NCBI GenBank assembly: GCA_942491175.1
Contig: CALNZO010000012.1
Location: 57,521-121,520, forward strand
Length of the DNA stretch: 64,000 nucleotides
Direction of reading: 5' to 3'
From: an uncultured bacterium
GTDB lineage: Bacteria; Cyanobacteriota; Cyanobacteriia; PCC-6307; Cyanobiaceae
In this document: piece after piece, positions 63,146-64,000 of the stretch
Position numbering within the stretch: position 1 is the stretch's first letter
How the letters are laid out: the number at the start of each line of letters is the position of its first letter
The notes under the pieces: model-generated
What the model was told of the DNA's origin: nothing
The model's database searches: none
Seen by the model: only the letters and a program-made list of their open reading frames with translations
Program-made: the position numbers and the translations under genes

Positions 63146-64000
63146 TCAGTAGCGCGGAACGGCAGGATCCACCTCCTGGCTCCAGGCGTCGATGCCGCCC
63201 TGCACGTTCACCCCTTCGATGCCGTGACGCCCCAGGGCGATCAGGGCCTTGGCGGAGCGCCCACCGAGCTTGCAGTGCACGTAGAGGCGCTTGCCATCGG
63301 CCAGGCGCCGCACGTCCTCGATCGCCTCGCCGCTCTCGATGCGATCGAGGGGCACCAGCACCGAGCCGGGAATCACGGCGATGTCGGCCTCCTGGGGATT
63401 GCGCACATCCACCAGCAGCAGATCCTCCATCTGGCCGTCGATGATGGTCTTGAGTTCGGCCACGGTGATGGTGGGCACGCTGCCCGCCTCCTCCTGGCCG
63501 GGGGCCGAACCGCCCACGCCGCAGAACTCCTGATAGTCGATCAGTTTCTCGATCACGGGCCGCTCAGGTTGGGGGCGCAGCTTCAGCTCCCGGAAGCTCA
63601 TCTTCAGGGCATCGAAGAGCAGCAGACGGCCGCTGAGGCTGGTGCCGATGCCGGTGATCAGCTTCACCGCCTCGGTGGCCTGGATCATGCCGATGATGCC
63701 CGGCAGCACGCCCACCACGCCGCCTTCGGCGCAGGAGGGCACCATGCCCGGCGGCGGGGGCTCGGGGAAGAGATCCCGGTAGTTGGGGCCGCCCTGGAAG
63801 TTGAAGACGGTGGCCTGGCCCTCGAAGCGGAAGATCGAGCCGTAGACGTTGGGCTTGTCGAGCAGGACGCAGGCGTCGTTGACCAGGTAGCGGGTGGGGA
63901 AGTTGTCGGTGCCGTCGCAGACGATGTCGTAGCCGGCGATGATCTCCAGGGCGTTCTCGCTGGTGAGGGCCGTTTCGTAGAGATCCACCTGGCAGTGGGG
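63146..64000 (-). CDS. moeB: MoeB/ThiF adenylyltransferase fused to rhodanese (5' part outside window)
   Basis: DGTDNFPTRYLVNDAC, FRFEGQ, SCAEGGV, then rhodanese DVRNPQE, HCKLGGRS, GGIDAW. Confidence 0.93.
   Translation of the reverse strand, partial: PHCQVDLYETALTSENALEIIAGYDIVCDGTDNFPTRYLVNDACVLLDKPNVYGSIFRFEGQATVFNFQGGPNYRDLFPEPPPPGMVPSCAEGGVVGVLPGIIGMIQATEAVKLITGIGTSLSGRLLLFDALKMSFRELKLRPQPERPVIEKLIDYQEFCGVGGSAPGQEEAGSVPTITVAELKTIIDGQMEDLLLVDVRNPQEADIAVIPGSVLVPLDRIESGEAIEDVRRLADGKRLYVHCKLGGRSAKALIALGRHGIEGVNVQGGIDAWSQEVDPAVPRY

Overview
This is a GC-rich picocyanobacterial chromosome segment (Cyanobium/Synechococcus cluster 5-like, judged from the 16S/ITS and gene order), and almost all of it is core genome. 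It holds the 5' part of an rRNA operon on the minus strand (16S, tRNA-Ile, tRNA-Ala, 23S 5' end), followed by invertase, petBD, ctpA-HD protein-minCDE, prmC/tsaC/dprA, psbM/psbB/psbT, nrdR, rps1, metK and comF. A complete phycobilisome rod locus lies between tRNA-Phe and ptpA and has phycocyanin genes only, with two near-identical cpcBA copies. The rest is panC-cmk, rlpA, purM, a small islet at tRNA-Cys, hemF, mrp, rodA, a Hik34-like kinase, psaD, trpE, gshA, ppc, recF, speD, larE, cobO and a partial moeB. I found no transposase, integrase, prophage, CRISPR array or defence system, and I cannot support a claim of a wholly new multi-gene system. The best leads are a perfect cyanobacterial LexA box in front of a frameshifted dprA, several one-base-short homopolymer frameshifts (assembly error versus real inactivation), a tandem cpcC-cpcBA duplication with conserved promoter motifs and homogenised cpcBA, an inverted gene fragment between minC and minD, recF lacking a usable canonical start, a structured rlpA leader and the tRNA-Cys islet. 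All family assignments are by eye from motifs and synteny, and no database search was run.
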